In this document: one piece after another, positions 42,717 to 56,760 of the stretch | How the letters are laid out: the number at the start of each line of letters is the position of its first letter | Numbering within the stretch: position 1 is the first letter of the stretch | DNA from: Veleropilina oligotropha | Lineage: Eukaryota | NCBI GenBank assembly: GCA_048128005.1 | Contig: JBEUKZ010000032.1 | Coordinates: 62,001 to 126,000 of the forward strand | DNA length: 64,000 nucleotides | Direction of reading: 5' to 3' | Notes under the pieces: generated by a model | The model's database searches: none | What the model was told of the DNA's origin: nothing | What the model saw: only the letters and a program-made list of their open reading frames with translations | Program-made: the position numbers and the translations under genes

Positions 42717-45643
42717 AACTTATGCGCAAATTGTGCGCGACTTATGCGCAATAATTGCGGATCATTGAGTGTCACTGCTTGCCACTGCGTACCTTCGTGG
42801 GAATTTTGAAAACGTAATCAGCAATGGTACGCATTGGCACGCATACGTTTATACGTTTATGCAATATATTCGCTAAAGCGTCCCTAGGCATGAGCCTTCG
42901 CACCCCAAATCCTGAACGATGACTTCAGACATGCGTAAGTATGGCGTGTCAATGAGTAACCATTTGTGCCACTAAGTGGACATGCATGCGTGATATCATC
43001 GCAACTTATGCGCAAATATTGCGTACCATTTGCACAACTATGGCATAGTGAAGATTGCCATGGCGTACCATTGCGTGACATGGACGTGTCACATGTTTTT
43101 TTATCAGATGCGCACGTAGTTCGTAACTTATGCCCCCCTGACACTTGCACGAATGTTGGTCAAGAATAGGTACGCATGGTGGCGTGCCATCACGCGCCTA
43201 AAAGTGTCAATTTGGGGTACTAAACTTGTCCGTTTACGCCATGTCGTGCCATCTAACACGAAATAGTTACGAACTATGTGCGCATCTGACACAAACATAT
43301 GTGACACGTACATGTCACGCAATGGTACGCCATGGCAATCTTCACTATGCCATAGTTGCGCAAAGGGTACGCAATATTTGCGCATAAATTGCGATGCTGT
43401 CACGCCTGTGCATGCATGTCCACTCAGTGGCACAAATGGTTACTCATTGACACGCCATACTTACGCATGCGTGAAGTCATCGTTCAAGAATTTGGGGTGC
43501 GAATGCTCACGCCTAGGGACGCTTTAGCGAATATATTGCGCAAACTCTGTACAAACTATGCGCAACGTATGCGTGCCAATGCGTACCATTGCTGATTACG
43601 TTTTAAAAATTCCCACGAAGGTACGCAATGGAAAGCAGTGACACTCACTGACCCGCCATTATTACGCATAAGTCGCGCACAATTTGCGCATAAGATGCGC
43701 ATTAGCCACGCCGCTGGCTCGAAAATATGGCGTGACACATTTTTGAAATTTTCAAAAATCTGGCACGGGCTGGCGCGCAAGTGCGCACTTGATACGAAGC
43801 CCCAATCATGCGTTCACGACTAGTTCCATCATTGGCATGCCACCATGCGTACCCATTCGTGACCAACATTCGTGCAAGTGTCAGGGGGGCATAATGCATG
43901 TTAGATGGCACGACATGGCGTAAACTGACAAGTATCGTGGCACAAATTGACACTTTTGGGGCGTGATGGCTCGCCACCATGCGTACCTTTTCGTGACCAA
44001 CATTCGTGTAAGTGTCAGGCATGCTAACTCTAGCATATATCTATTGTAATTATTATCGTATATACACACTTTTACCATTTTTCGGCTGAGCATCGAGTCA
44101 ATAATGTTGTATTAGTTTCTATGTACGGACTCCATCTTCGTTGTTGAAACCGAGTGTGGCTATTGATCGTAATCGTTTGACGGAACGCTCGGGACATTTT
44201 ATTTATGCAAAGACGCTGCTGCAGATTCAGGTGACTTCCGACTATCTCTAGTCGTAGAAACATGCTCTCGTCGGTTATTTTCAAAACAGAAAATACGGTT
44301 CCAGAGCACACCAACAAAGTTTATCTTCGATCTTGTTCAAAAGTCTCCAATCCTCTAACAGGGGAGTTGCAATGCTTTAAAATATCTTTATTATCTCCCC
44401 CACCCCCTCCGAGCTATCACAGCGAAGACGGCGTGGTATGCTGGAGCTGACTATGCATCCATGTTTGACAACTTTCTGTTTGGTGTGCTTCTTGTACAGG
44501 GTCCAGGACTCTTTTCCATACAAAAACACTCCTTGGTATGACCACCTAATTTGTATCTCGGTGGAAATGTTTATGGTTCTGTAACGCAAGCTCAACTAAC
44601 TGTCTTTTCCGCTGCCTGAACAAGTTTTCCACATAAATTCCACTGAAAACTATTTTATGGTAAATGACATGGCGAGAGGTGTCGCTACATCATGGGCCAG
44701 GTGCATGGCTCCGTCGTATTCAGAATTTAAAGATGAGAATATGTATTCACCATAATGGCGCAGTCGATGTTAAACAATTCTTATATAAGATATCTTATAG
44801 AGCAGCGAGCGCGAATGCTGAATAACAAAAACCCCGAACAAGTAGTTCTCGATCCTCACGCCGATTGACAACTTTGTTCCCAACACCAATGTTGGACTTC
44901 TTCTTCAAGCGCTGGGGGTGTTCAGCTTTAGTCTCTCAGTTGAAACCTAAACAGAAACAGATGAACCGTCTGTCTACCATGAACCTTTAGAGCCACAATG
45001 GACGTGCATAATGTCCATCTAGACAATATCGCATCTGATCAGCATTTAACCAAGTGCAGTGGCATTAGTCGCGACCATTTTGATCTGCCTGTCCAGGGCT
45101 ATCAAATACTCTTTCCAATCGCTTTGCCTACATACAAGAATGATGTTCAAGAGACACTAAACTTGCTGTGTGTATGACACAAAGAAGGTACTTACCTCAC
45201 ATCCGTGGCTAGGTGCGATGGCAGGCTCTATGGTCATGAATAGCGTATTCGTATATGTCGTCGAAGTTCCAAATATATCCTCTTTTGACTGCAGAGACTG
45301 TATCCATGGTATTGGCACTGTACTGCGAGGAGGTCGGTGGGACTACGTCACTAATATAATTATGTAATCAGCTCGAATCTCAGCTTGTGGCACAGCCCGG
45401 CCCGGTAGTCGTGTGCCGACGCTGAAATCACTGACTCGAATGCACTACTTAACAGGAGTGGGTCGAATCTCGGTTGGGACATCGTTGAAATGCCATCAGA
45501 CCTAAACATTTTGGTTAACAGACGTATTATTGTTTAAAGTTCACCTTTGGTGACCCAATAATCCATAAAAAATTCAACATTGTGGAAATATCATATTTCG
45601 GTCATATTGGAAAATGGTGGATAAATTGCGATTTTTGTGTGTG

Positions 45644-45966
<323 letters not shown>

Positions 45967-46051
45967 AGATTTAAATTTAAATAGAATTTGTTTGGGTTTA
46001 GGAAGTGCATTACTGCCACTCATATTAAAACCCATTCTCGTTTCTGGTCAT

Positions 46052-47485
46052 CTATAGCCTGCCCTGTTTCTTAAAATAATCATCTACGCGGTTTTTAAAT
46101 TGCTTTACAGATGTCGATTCTACTACATTACTATGAAGACCGTTCCATTCATCGACAACTCGATTTGAGAAAAAGTGTTTTCTAACGTCTAGTCGGAATC
46201 TTTTTTTGTAACCTTTGTATTTATGGCCCCTGGTAGGTCTTTGATTCATCTGAAAAAACAAAGTACTGTCAACATTGTCAATTCCTGTAAACATTTTAAA
46301 AACCTGAGTCATATCCCCCCGTGTCCTTCTCAAAGACAATGTTGTGAGGTTAAGTGCTCTTTGTCTATCCTCATAAGGTAATTCTCTCAATTCGCCTATC
46401 AATTTTGTGGCTCTTCTTTGAACTTGTTGAAGCATTTTGATATCCTTTGCAAGATATGGGCTCCATGCTTGCACTGCTTATTCTAGATGCGGTCTAACCA
46501 TTTGCCTGTATAAGCGTGTTATGATGACTCTGGATTTAAAATTAAAGTTTCTCTTTATCATTCCCCATATTTGATTTCCCTTTTTAGCCGATTCTGCACA
46601 TTTATTTGATGGTTTAAACGTCTTGTCTACCCATACACCCAAATCTTTCTCTTTTGTTACTACTTTTAAGGTATCTGAACCAATTTTATAATTGAATGTT
46701 TTGTTGTTATAACCCGCATGCAATACCTTGCATTTACTGGTGTTAAAAAGCATTTGCCAATCCTCTGACCATTTTACCAGATTGTTTAAATCACTTTGAA
46801 GTGTTTTTGCATCTTCTTCAGTTTCAACAATTCTGTACAATTTGGTATCATCTGCAAACTTTTTTACAAGAGACGTAATGTCGTCATCAATGTCATTTAA
46901 ATATATAAGAAACAGCAGTGGGCCCACAACCGAACCTTGTGGGACTCCACTTAGTACCGGCTCCCACTTTGACTTGATCCCATTTATTACAACCCTCTGT
47001 TTTCTATTTTCTAACCACATCCTTATCCAGTTTAATATTGGACCTTTCAGACTATGGTTACTTAATTTTTGTATCAGCCGTTTATATGGTACTTTGTCGA
47101 ATGCCTTTTGAAAATCAAGATATATTATATCAACTGGTTTGGCCGTATCTATCGCAGTTGTTAAATCTTCAAAAAATTCCAGTAAGTTGGTTAAACAAGA
47201 CCGTTTCGCCATAAATCCATGCTGACTAAGGTTTAGCAAGTCGAATTTATTAATGTGTTGTAAGATAGCATCCTTTAAGATAGATTCCATGATCTTGCCT
47301 ACTTTGATGGCAGACTAACAGGTCGATAATTTTGGTGTTTGACCTACTTCCCTTCTTAAAGATTGGGGTAATATTACCAATTTTCCAGTCATCAGGCAAA
47401 CTTCCTTCTTTTAATGATTTATTGAATATCATGCTTTACTAAATCTTCCTTACCAGCTTTCAGCAATTTGGGATATATATTGTCC
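46052..47485 (-). pseudogene. 5'-truncated CR1 LINE reverse transcriptase
   Basis: QHGF..KRSCLTNL, YLDFQKAFDKV, SGVPQGSVVGP, KFADDTK, EKDLGV, VRPHLE, TRGH; in-frame stop and frameshift. Confidence 0.9.
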
Positions 47486-48097
47486 GGGGGGGGGGGGGTG
47501 GTGGTGTAAGAGACTATTGGATTCTTAACCACCAGTAGCATACTACAGGTATGCCCTCTGTGATATAAACGAAACGGTTTGAGGAGACCCTAACAAAGCT
47601 TTGGTATATTAATCGCCGCAAGTGGGTATATTAACTCAATACTGTTTTCCAAATCAACTGTATCAAAACTAAAACACGCAACCATTTTTGGGCTCTAATT
47701 GCAGTTTTGCTGATTTGGTTGATGGGGTAGGGCTGTGATAAAACTATAAACGTTTTATTGCTGTCTGTCCTGTTGAATGCGCGTGGCATCGGTGGTCCAC
47801 ACTTGTTACGTGGACGTAAAGCATGAAATCGGTCTTTCCAAATATGCAGAAAACGTATTGTGATACTGTTTATGCGAATATATCAAGTTCCGACTGCGAT
47901 ATATCTGAAAAATTACAATTGGTCCCAAAATATTCGATGCACACACTAAATCGTGCATTATTTATGTTTAATTATGGTATCAATTTGTATTTTAGCTTCG
48001 TTAATTTTCAGGTTTAATATTTATCGACGGTACCCGTCCCATTTTATCACCAGTCCAGATCATGCAAGAACACGTCAATATTTTCTCGAAAAGAAAG

Positions 48098-48342
48098 CCT
48101 GATCGCCCGGGACAACCAGTCAGTGTCGCGCAGTTACAGACAGCAGTGACTATTCTACAGAGGAATCTAACCCACCCTGATCTCCGGGACAACCAGTCCG
48201 TGTCGCACAGTTACAGACAGCAGTGACTATTCTACCGAGGAATCTAACCCACCCTGATCTCCGGGACAACCAGTCAGTGTCGCACAGTTACAGACAGGAG
48301 TGACTATTCTACCGAGGAATCTAACCCACCCTGATCTACCGG
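48098..48342. repeat. 77-bp tandem repeat x3
   Basis: GACAACCAG at 48111, 48188, 48265. Confidence 0.9.
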
Positions 48343-49583
48343 AGCTTCCAGACGAATGTTCTTATAATTATGACAATTTTCTAAATTTGATCAGATTTAT
48401 CCGATACGACTGACAAATAGTTGGCGTGGTCGCCAAATATAAATTTATCAACCCATCAATGGATCGATTAGGATTAGATATGCCACACCATAACCTGTAC
48501 AACGCCACCCAGTGGTGAAGTTTATATAGAAGCGTGGCTCTAAATACACTCGCTAGAGTGCTCTGAATAACAAGAAAGGTTTCGAATCAGAGTCTGGGTC
48601 GGCTGGCGTAGAGTTTACCGAGAGGAAAAATAGCCATATCGGCCTCGAAGAGTTAGGATAACTTATATTATACCACGCCTGGGTGGGGTTTATCTTCAGT
48701 TAATAAAATGCCGTAGCGAAAGTAAGATAATCATTATATTGATGGCATGCTGTCAGAGGGATATAACATGCATGATGTGCTTAGAATCGGTTAATTTTAA
48801 GGCAATATTTTGATAATTTTCAAATGTTACTGTATGTTAAGACTCTGGTTTGGTGTAGCCTTTTCAAAGACGTAACACCGATTTTATGCCATCACTGTTA
48901 ACAGTTTTAAGCATTAGATTAAGCCACGCCTGTGTGGATTCAAACACGCTTATTGCCTTAAGAAATGAGTTCTTCCAAGCGATTTTTGGGGCCTTATGCG
49001 AATGTGGTCATTTATCAATTCTTAAGTTGCCGAGATGTCACGAGTATACACAAAATTCAACCCGAACTTCGTCGCTTTGTGATGTTAAATGAAGATAAAT
49101 AACAGAATTAACAGCCATGGTCATATCCATCGGCTGTTCCACTTCAATGCTACTAGCGCCTACCCACCCAACCAAGTGTTGTCGTCCGTCGAGAAAGAGA
49201 TACTGCAGTTTTAATTACTAGATTTATTAAATCTAGTAGGGAATCCAATTTTATTTAAATCGAATTCCACCTAGATATATTGAAGAAAATTCCGCTGAGT
49301 TTGCTTGAACATAGCTCGATGAAAACAAACCGGGGGAGGGAATCATTGTTATATATATATGCGTTTCATAGAGTTTCATGATGCATAGTTTTGTGCAAAA
49401 ATTATGGCAATAGGTTAACAGAACATGTGAGAAATTTTGACAAAGGGAGGTAGGGATCAAAACCCAAAATAACACTTAACGTGCATGACCACCTCAGGAC
49501 TTTTAGCGGGACAGTCGTCAATGAAATCAATGCTATTTGTCCTAAGAAAATGTACAGTGTCTAGCTGTACGAGATATATGGCA

Positions 49584-51540
49584 TTATTACTCGGGTGTTG
49601 AAGATATCGCCATCTCATAAAAATCTCGTATCTTACGGGTGTTGGATAAACAATTGACCTCCAACTCTCAATTTTGATTGGACAATAGCAATCTGCTGAT
49701 GTAAGGTCACGGGACTACTTTTCCATTGATAAATGTTACAACTTTTACTATCAAACAAATGTCTCATGACTGTCGTCGGAACGAGATCTTATAAAGCAAC
49801 GAAAGTATAATTAAAATAACTACAAACATTGGTAACATAAATAAAAGTAAACATACAATAAAATAGTATTTACAAATAATAAGTACGACCGTTCGAACAT
49901 TAACAGCTTTATTCAAGAAAACAGAAATCAAAATACATTGCGAAAGACAGTACGATTCTAATATTTTGGCCAAATTCATGATACTAAAAGGCGACAACAG
50001 ACCAGTAGAAACTATATCGCCAAATGAACTGTGCGACATCCTATGTAATTATTTCATGTCAATAAAGAAAGCAAATGGTCAAGAATATGAACCCTCATCA
50101 CTAACATCAAAGACATCAAGTTTTGATCGGTTTTTAAAACACAGAGGGTACGAAAAGTCATTACTGCGGGATAGAGAGTTTTCACGGCTTCGGGATGTTT
50201 TGTCATCAAAACAAAAAGCACTTAAAAGTCAATGGTTCGGAAACTTACCAAATAGGGCTGAAAGTTTATCTTGTGACGAAATCCAGAAATTGTATAACAG
50301 CAATGAAATGGGTTGCAACAACCCCGAATCCATCCTAAATACTCTGTGGTGGAATAACACCCGTCACTTTGGCCTTCGAAGTGTTAAACCACACCATATG
50401 ATGAAATGGGGCGATGTTTCGTTAAAGGTAGACAGCGACGGAAGAGAATTCCTCGAATATAACGAGCGCCAAACGAAAACACGCACAGGTGATGTTCCTC
50501 CTCGTGCTTGGGAAATGGGCGACGAACGATGTCCGGTATCCATTTATAAGCTGTATGCCACATTAATAAGGCCGGTAGATTTTAGTTCTGCCGAAACACA
50601 GTTTTAACTTTTATCTGGCAACAAATTCGAAAGTCGCGCCTGCTCAAAACCACCCATGGTTCAAACGCCAACCAGTTGGCCAAACCAAACTTGCCAGCGC
50701 AATGAAACGAATGGCGTTTGAAGTTGGAATCACTGGTAAACGTGTCACAAATCACTCGGCGAGAAAAACGATGATCCAAAATCTTCGCGAAAATAATGTT
50801 CCATCCACTGAAATTATGCAGATATCCGGACATAAAAATATACAGAGCGTCAATAACTATATATAGCAGTATTTCCACCGATCAGCATCGTCAACTTAGC
50901 AATATCATCAGTTCGTACGTTCCTCCGCCAGCAGCTCCACCCTCGATAAATGTCTCGACAACTTCCAATTCACAGTCCAGCTCCATAAATTTAACAGCGA
51001 CTACAAATTCACAATCTATATTTTCAACATCAACGGAGCATCGAGCCCAAAGCGCCCCAGACAAAACAATGATCAGTGACGATAGGAACACGTGATGTAA
51101 TATGGAAATTTGACGCTATTTTGAAATCTCTGTATATAAATATAAATAATAATAGCCATTTACAAATATTTAATTAAATATCTTATTGATTGTTACAAGA
51201 CGTTTTGTTATTAATTTTTAACGTTAGGCTATAAGAACGACCTATATAATGCGCAAGGATTTTATCACATCTGTGAAGAGGCAATTCGTGCGCAAATGTT
51301 GTTGACGACAATGTTCGGATTTATATGCAGAAATACGATAATAAAACAAGTATTTCAACATAAATATCGTGAGTAATAAATAAAATACTACACTGGTTGT
51401 CGATAGATACCATTTTTACGTGACTCGTATATGTCTGACGGTATCTAAACTCGCTTTCGCTCGTTTAGATACCGTCAGACATATATATACTCGTCACGTA
51501 AAAATGGTATCTATCGACAACCAGTGTAGTATTCTATATT
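49584..51540 (+). mobile_element. Crypton-like tyrosine-recombinase element, unit 1
   Basis: Begins TTATTACTCGGGTGTTGAAG; YR pseudogene; 150-bp terminal hairpin 51384-51533 with loop CTCGCTTTCGCTCG. Confidence 0.8.
49966..50865 (+). pseudogene. DUF3504/ZMYM-like tyrosine recombinase (frameshifted)
   Basis: EYEPSSL, FGLR, ERQTKTRTG, RCPV; after a frameshift WFKRQPVG...TNHSARKT...ISGHKNIQSVNNY, giving the R-K-HxxR-H-Y catalytic set. Confidence 0.85.
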
Positions 51541-53503
51541 TATTACTCGGGTGTTGAAGATATCGCTATCTCATAAAAATCTCGTATCTTACGGGTGTTG
51601 GATAAACGATTGACCTCCAACCCTCAATTTTGATTGGACAATAGCAATCTGCTGATGTAAGGTCACGGGACTACTTTTTCATTGATAAATGTTACAACTT
51701 TTACTATCAAGAAAATGTCCCACGACTGCCGTCGGAACGACATCTTATAGAGCAACGAAAGTATAATTAAAATAACTACAAACATTGGTAAAATAAATAA
51801 AAGTAAGCATACAATAAAATAGTATTTACAAATAATAATTATGACAAAATATAAAATGAATTTTGATGCGTCGTCTGCTTAGAGTCAAGATGGAGACATC
51901 AATTATCCGTGTTAATGATTGCGTGAAAATTGACGGGAAAGTGCGTGGACGAGTTATGTCAGTAGTTCAACCAGTCAGTAACGCCACCCCCAACCTCTGG
52001 ATCGATCATCGATCTACCAGCCTAAGTTTACGATGAAGTTTCGTGACGATTTTTTTGACGAAGCTAATACAAAATCTGCACCTACCACAACTTATGATTA
52101 AGAGTACGACCGTTCGAACATTAACAGCTTTATTCAAGAAAACAAAAATAAAAATACATTGCGAAAGACACAGTAAGATTATAATATTTTGGCCAAATTC
52201 ATGATACTAAAAGGCGACAATAGACCAGTAGCAACTATATCGTCAAATGAACTGTGCGACATCCTATGTAATTACTTCATGTCAATAAAGAAAGAAAATG
52301 GTCAAGAATATGAACCCTCATCACTAACATTAAAACACAGAGGGTACGAAAAGTCATTACTGCGGGACAGAGTTTTCACGGCTTCGGGATGTTTTGTCAT
52401 CAAAACAAAAAGTACTTAAAGTTAAGGGCTCGGAAACTTACCAAATAGGGCTGAAAGTTTATCCTATGACGAAATCCAGAAATTGTATAACGGCAATGAA
52501 ATGGGTTGCAACAACCCCGAATCCATCATAAATACTCTGTGGTGGAATAACACCCGCCACTGTGTCCTTCGAAGTGTTAAACCACACCATATGATGAAAT
52601 GGGGCGATGTTTCGTTAAAGGTAGGCAGCGACGGGAGAGAATTCCTCGAATATAACGAGCGCCAAACGAAAACACGCACAGTTGGTGATACCAGGAATGT
52701 CCGTGATGTTCCTCCTCGTGCTTGGGAAACGGGCGACGAACGATGTCCGGTATTCATTTATAAGCTGTATGCCACATTAAGGCCGGTAGATTTTCGTTCT
52801 GCCGATACACAGTTTTATCTGGCAACAAATTCGAAAGTCGCGCCTGCTCAACTTAGCAATATCATCAGTTCGCACGTTCCTCAGCCAGCAGCTCCACCCT
52901 CGATAAATGTCTCGAACTTCCAATTCACGGTCCCGCTCCATAAATTCACAATCTAGTCATGGAATTTCTTAAGACCTATTTTTTCCGCACCGATTTCTAA
53001 TTGCACCATCGAGCCCAATGCGCCCCAGACAAAACAATGATCAGTGACGATAAGAACACGTGATGCAATATGGAAATTTGACGCTATTTTGAAATCTGTA
53101 TATAAATATAAATAATAATAGCCATTTACAATTATTTAATTAAATATCTTATTGATTGTTACAAGACGTTTTGTTATTTTTAACGTTGTTAGGCTATAAG
53201 AACGACCTATATTAATGCGCAAGGATTTTATCACATCTGTGAAGAGACAATTCCTACGCAAATGTTGTTGGCGACAATGTTCGGATTTATATGCAGAAAT
53301 ACGATAATAAAACAAGTATTTCAACATAAATATCGTGAGTAATAAATAAAATACTACACTGGTTGTCGATCTATACCATTTTTACGCGACTCGTATATGT
53401 CCGACGGTATCTAAACTCGCTTTCGCTCGTTTAGATACCGTCAGACATATACTCGTCACGTAAAAATGGTATCTATCGACAACCAGTGTAGTATTCTATA
53501 TTT
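51541..53503 (+). mobile_element. Crypton-like element, unit 2 (tandem head-to-tail copy)
   Basis: Repeats unit 1 directly; hairpin 53350-53495; lacks the HxxR...Y segment but retains 5' sequence (about 51840-52100) absent from unit 1. Confidence 0.8.
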
Positions 53504-54543
53504 ATCATACTGAAAAATCGAGATGTTGGCGTTGGTATGGAACAGGGGAATGCCGTGATGGGCGAGAATGTCATCGCGGTAAAGTGGAACATTTAAATTG
53601 CCATCAATGAAGACTAGTGGTGAACGATAACCATGGGCAGTAGCTGCCCAAACCAGGACAGAACCCCCACCCCCGAAACGATCTCGTTAAAGAACAACAG
53701 TCAACAGCATTCATTTCTCTTCCGATAGGCACGCACCCTGCCATCACCACATTGTAAAGAAAATATGTCTTCATATAAAAAGAACGGTATTCCAACATCG
53801 TCGCGTCAAACGAGCGTGTACAGCAGCAGGGGGGGTCAGTAGACTTTTTAGAATGGGAAAATAAGGCTCCCAGCACCATTTCAGAACTCAGGGTAGCTCG
53901 GACTAGTCAGCAGGGGAGTTTAGACTAGGGGCCCGGGGCCCGCTGTGGAGGCTCCCAGCCCTATTCCAGAACCCAGGGTAGGGATTGTATTACAAAAAGT
54001 CGCCGTGTGTACAGACCGATATAGTAGCATGTAGTAAGAGCCCCCAGGGACGGCGTGTATCAATGGATATTTGCGTTAGTCGCTGTCAATGTTATTGATT
54101 AATTTTGCGTCTGGGTCTATTCATAGAGCTGACCTAGTGCTCCCCGTTCTCGAGAATCTTTATTGTGACACGTGGCAATGTACACATGGCAATGTACACG
54201 TGGCAATGTGACACGTGGCTGACTCATTGTGACATGTAGAATTTCCATTTAGAGACTAAACTGTCCACTTGTTTACATCTGGACCAAAACATTTTAACTG
54301 GAGCGATGACCCATTTCTGGACAAAATATTTATTTCTGGGTCAGCTATTTTTCACTGGGTCAATCTTTTTTTTCTGGGTCGGCGACAGCAGTAGACGGCT
54401 GAACGCCAGTGACGCACGCTTTTAACGACTGGTGTCATTCATAAATCAGGCATGAATGAAACGACAGTAGACGGCCTAATGGGCATTTATATAAACAGCT
54501 GTGACCTGAAAATATATTGTAAGGCAAGAGAATTCCCAAGCAG

Positions 54544-54975
54544 CTATATGAATATATAGTTACCCGATGTTAAAGTACAATTACAGGGTGAGATGTGCCC
54601 GATTTTTCTCCACACACCGAAGCAGCCAGACAGCATGGTGTAATACTCCCCATTTTTGCCAGGACATAGTGAGGGGGTCGAACACTGGACACATGTGACA
54701 GTATCTGGGGGTGTGGCAGGGCTACAGTTATTCTCTCCGATAATAAAATAGTGGCACGAGGGTGGGGAGACATCAGGGGTGGGGTCTCTATCCGGGCGTA
54801 GTAGCAGGTTTCTTCGCAAGGGGTCAAATCGGGCGTTATACATGGGATGATTTCGGTACCTAGCCCACGTCTGTTCCAGAATTAATGCAGTGTCGTGTCT
54901 CGACGCCTGGGTAGAAACACCCCCTAGCCAGCACACCGCGGCAATGCACAGTAGCATAGATTTCATGGATTTCAT
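54544..54975 (-). CDS. Secreted Cys-rich protein (copy 2)
   Basis: Homolog of 17397-17828, intact. Confidence 0.75.
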   Translation of the reverse strand: MKSMKSMLLCIAAVCWLGGVSTQASRHDTALILEQTWARYRNHPMYNARFDPLRRNLLLRPDRDPTPDVSPPSCHYFIIGENNCSPATPPDTVTCVQCSTPSLCPGKNGEYYTMLSGCFGVWRKIGHISPCNCTLTSGNYIFI

Positions 54976-55057
54976 GGTTGTCCAGATATCACTGTCGATT
55001 TCTAGCTTTAATACGGGGGAGGAGAGGGGTAGTCGTGGCTACGCTCAACCTGGATAG

Positions 55058-55693
55058 TTAGTCGCCAGCTCCGATTTTTTTCAGCAGCTCTGCGCGTCCC
55101 TCTTTACGACCATGCTCAATAAGCTCGCTCTGGGTCTGTGAAATCGCGGTGTGCGCCTTCCTACTCTTATCCCGAATTGATGCCTTCATGGCTTGGTATT
55201 TCTCCATCTCCCCTGTGACCAGTTGGAATTCATCATCAGACATCACCCCGTCCGCTAAGGCCTTTGAGACGTGGTCGGTTATGGTATTAAGTTTGGTTTC
55301 GTCCAGGACTCGAATCTCGTCGTGCTTCTTAGCCTTCACCCCGAGGCGCCGGCTGATATATTTCCCACCCATACTGGCGAGCCCACACCCTAATGCCGCT
55401 AATTCCAGCACTAGGACAACAGGTGCGGCAACGATTGTGGACAGTAGACCAATTCCAGCGCTACCCATACCAAGTGTGGCGACGACTAGTCCGTTATCTA
55501 TCCCGTCAACGACTTTAACACCTCGGCGGTATTTTTTATATAGTGCAGCCCGTGTGTCCCTTTCTCGTTCTAACTGTCCCTGAAGCTCATTCACTTTTAG
55601 CAGTCGGAAAGACTGTGCCTCCGGAACTTCCGAAAGCACATCGCCATCAAGCTGTGGGTACAGCGTTGGCGCTGAGGGCTTGCTGTCCATCAT
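55058..55693 (-). CDS. PSAP/LYPxL coiled-coil hydrophobic protein (copy 2)
   Basis: Homolog of 16682-17314. Confidence 0.8.
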   Translation of the reverse strand: MMDSKPSAPTLYPQLDGDVLSEVPEAQSFRLLKVNELQGQLERERDTRAALYKKYRRGVKVVDGIDNGLVVATLGMGSAGIGLLSTIVAAPVVLVLELAALGCGLASMGGKYISRRLGVKAKKHDEIRVLDETKLNTITDHVSKALADGVMSDDEFQLVTGEMEKYQAMKASIRDKSRKAHTAISQTQSELIEHGRKEGRAELLKKIGAGD

Positions 55694-56052
55694 ACGTGGC
55701 TGTATTGTTCAGCCTGTTGATTCCCAATGTCTACCGTAACGTTCAAATACAGAGTGCCCACCCACGGGGCCTTGATGGTGAAGGCGAGGGTCAACTTGTC
55801 CGAGTCCAGGCCAAGGCTATTTATGGAACACGCTTTGGGGGTGCCCCCGGCCGGCTGGACCAGTGTCGTGTGGATCATTAGCAGGGCTGGGTTCAACCCA
55901 AAGCGACCTCCAGTGTTTGGAATCCTGAACCCAGCCCTCGCCAGCCCCTTCTTGGGTGCTTCCCCACAATTAAGAACGAAGTGCCACCGGATCGCTGAAG
56001 GCTCTTCTGCGAGAAGGGGTGGGAGTGGGGTCCCATAGATGCTGATGCTCAT
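55690..56052 (-). CDS. 120-aa hypothetical protein (copy 2)
   Basis: Homolog of 16310-16681. Confidence 0.7.
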   Translation of the reverse strand: MSISIYGTPLPPLLAEEPSAIRWHFVLNCGEAPKKGLARAGFRIPNTGGRFGLNPALLMIHTTLVQPAGGTPKACSINSLGLDSDKLTLAFTIKAPWVGTLYLNVTVDIGNQQAEQYSHV

Positions 56053-56756
56053 TGTATCTCAAGGACTGCGGACATAGGCATACCGTGATTGTTGAGCGGG
56101 TTACCATCTGGGTCTGTGACGTACACCTTCAACTCTGTGATTAGTCCGGCCTGCAGTCGCCGGACGGCTGGGTAGCTATGATAGTGGGCAGCTTCACCGA
56201 ACATCTGCGACGTTATAGGGACCACCGCGAGAATATTGCTAGGGGCGCCGTCCTTCACATTGTGTGTTGTACTGAGCTGCTCCAGGTGAACGTGTAGGGT
56301 CGCTGCAATGGCAAACCCGACAGGCTTGTTCCCGTCATACGTCCCGGGGCGTAGCCATTGCGGCTCATCTGCAGGCTTGTTCTTGTCATAAGTCATAAGT
56401 AGCCACCACCCTGCAAGGGTGAAGCCGAGGAGCTTCCGTATATCGGCGCTGATCGCGAGTCGAGTCCCCTCTGGGACAACGAGTTGCGCGAGTCCGGTAG
56501 CACGGCTTACCTCGAGCCGCATGTTAGCTAGGGACCTCCTCATAGTCTTGGCGAGGGCATCGAAGCTGTAGAACCCTGGTGCCACATCGACCGTGGTATC
56601 CGGGGTCTTAAAGAATGCTCCAGCGTGCACGTTATGCCAGCCGACCCAGTAGTCGAACGAGCGCAGGACGACGCATAGTTTGCCTTCCCGGTTATCAATA
56701 GGCTGCAGGAGGGGAACCGCGGTCCCCTCTTGAACACTCGTTAATGTGTGGAACAT
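56049..56756 (-). CDS. Putative minor capsid (penton) protein (copy 2)
   Basis: Homolog of 15603-16313. Confidence 0.75.
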   Translation of the reverse strand: MFHTLTSVQEGTAVPLLQPIDNREGKLCVVLRSFDYWVGWHNVHAGAFFKTPDTTVDVAPGFYSFDALAKTMRRSLANMRLEVSRATGLAQLVVPEGTRLAISADIRKLLGFTLAGWWLLMTYDKNKPADEPQWLRPGTYDGNKPVGFAIAATLHVHLEQLSTTHNVKDGAPSNILAVVPITSQMFGEAAHYHSYPAVRRLQAGLITELKVYVTDPDGNPLNNHGMPMSAVLEIQ

Positions 56757-56760
56757 AGCT

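Larger units (their letters stand above)
40258..44022. mobile_element. Long foldback DNA element interrupted by an L2-like LINE
   Basis: 40258-40455 plus 42717-43135 is the inverted complement of about 43262-43890; outer CATG.CTGACACTT.CACGAATGTTGGTCA inverted at 43990-44022. Confidence 0.7.

Noticed and set aside
42884..44093. Mirror-image Cys/His-rich ORFs
   Set aside because: Arise from the two arms of a non-coding foldback repeat.
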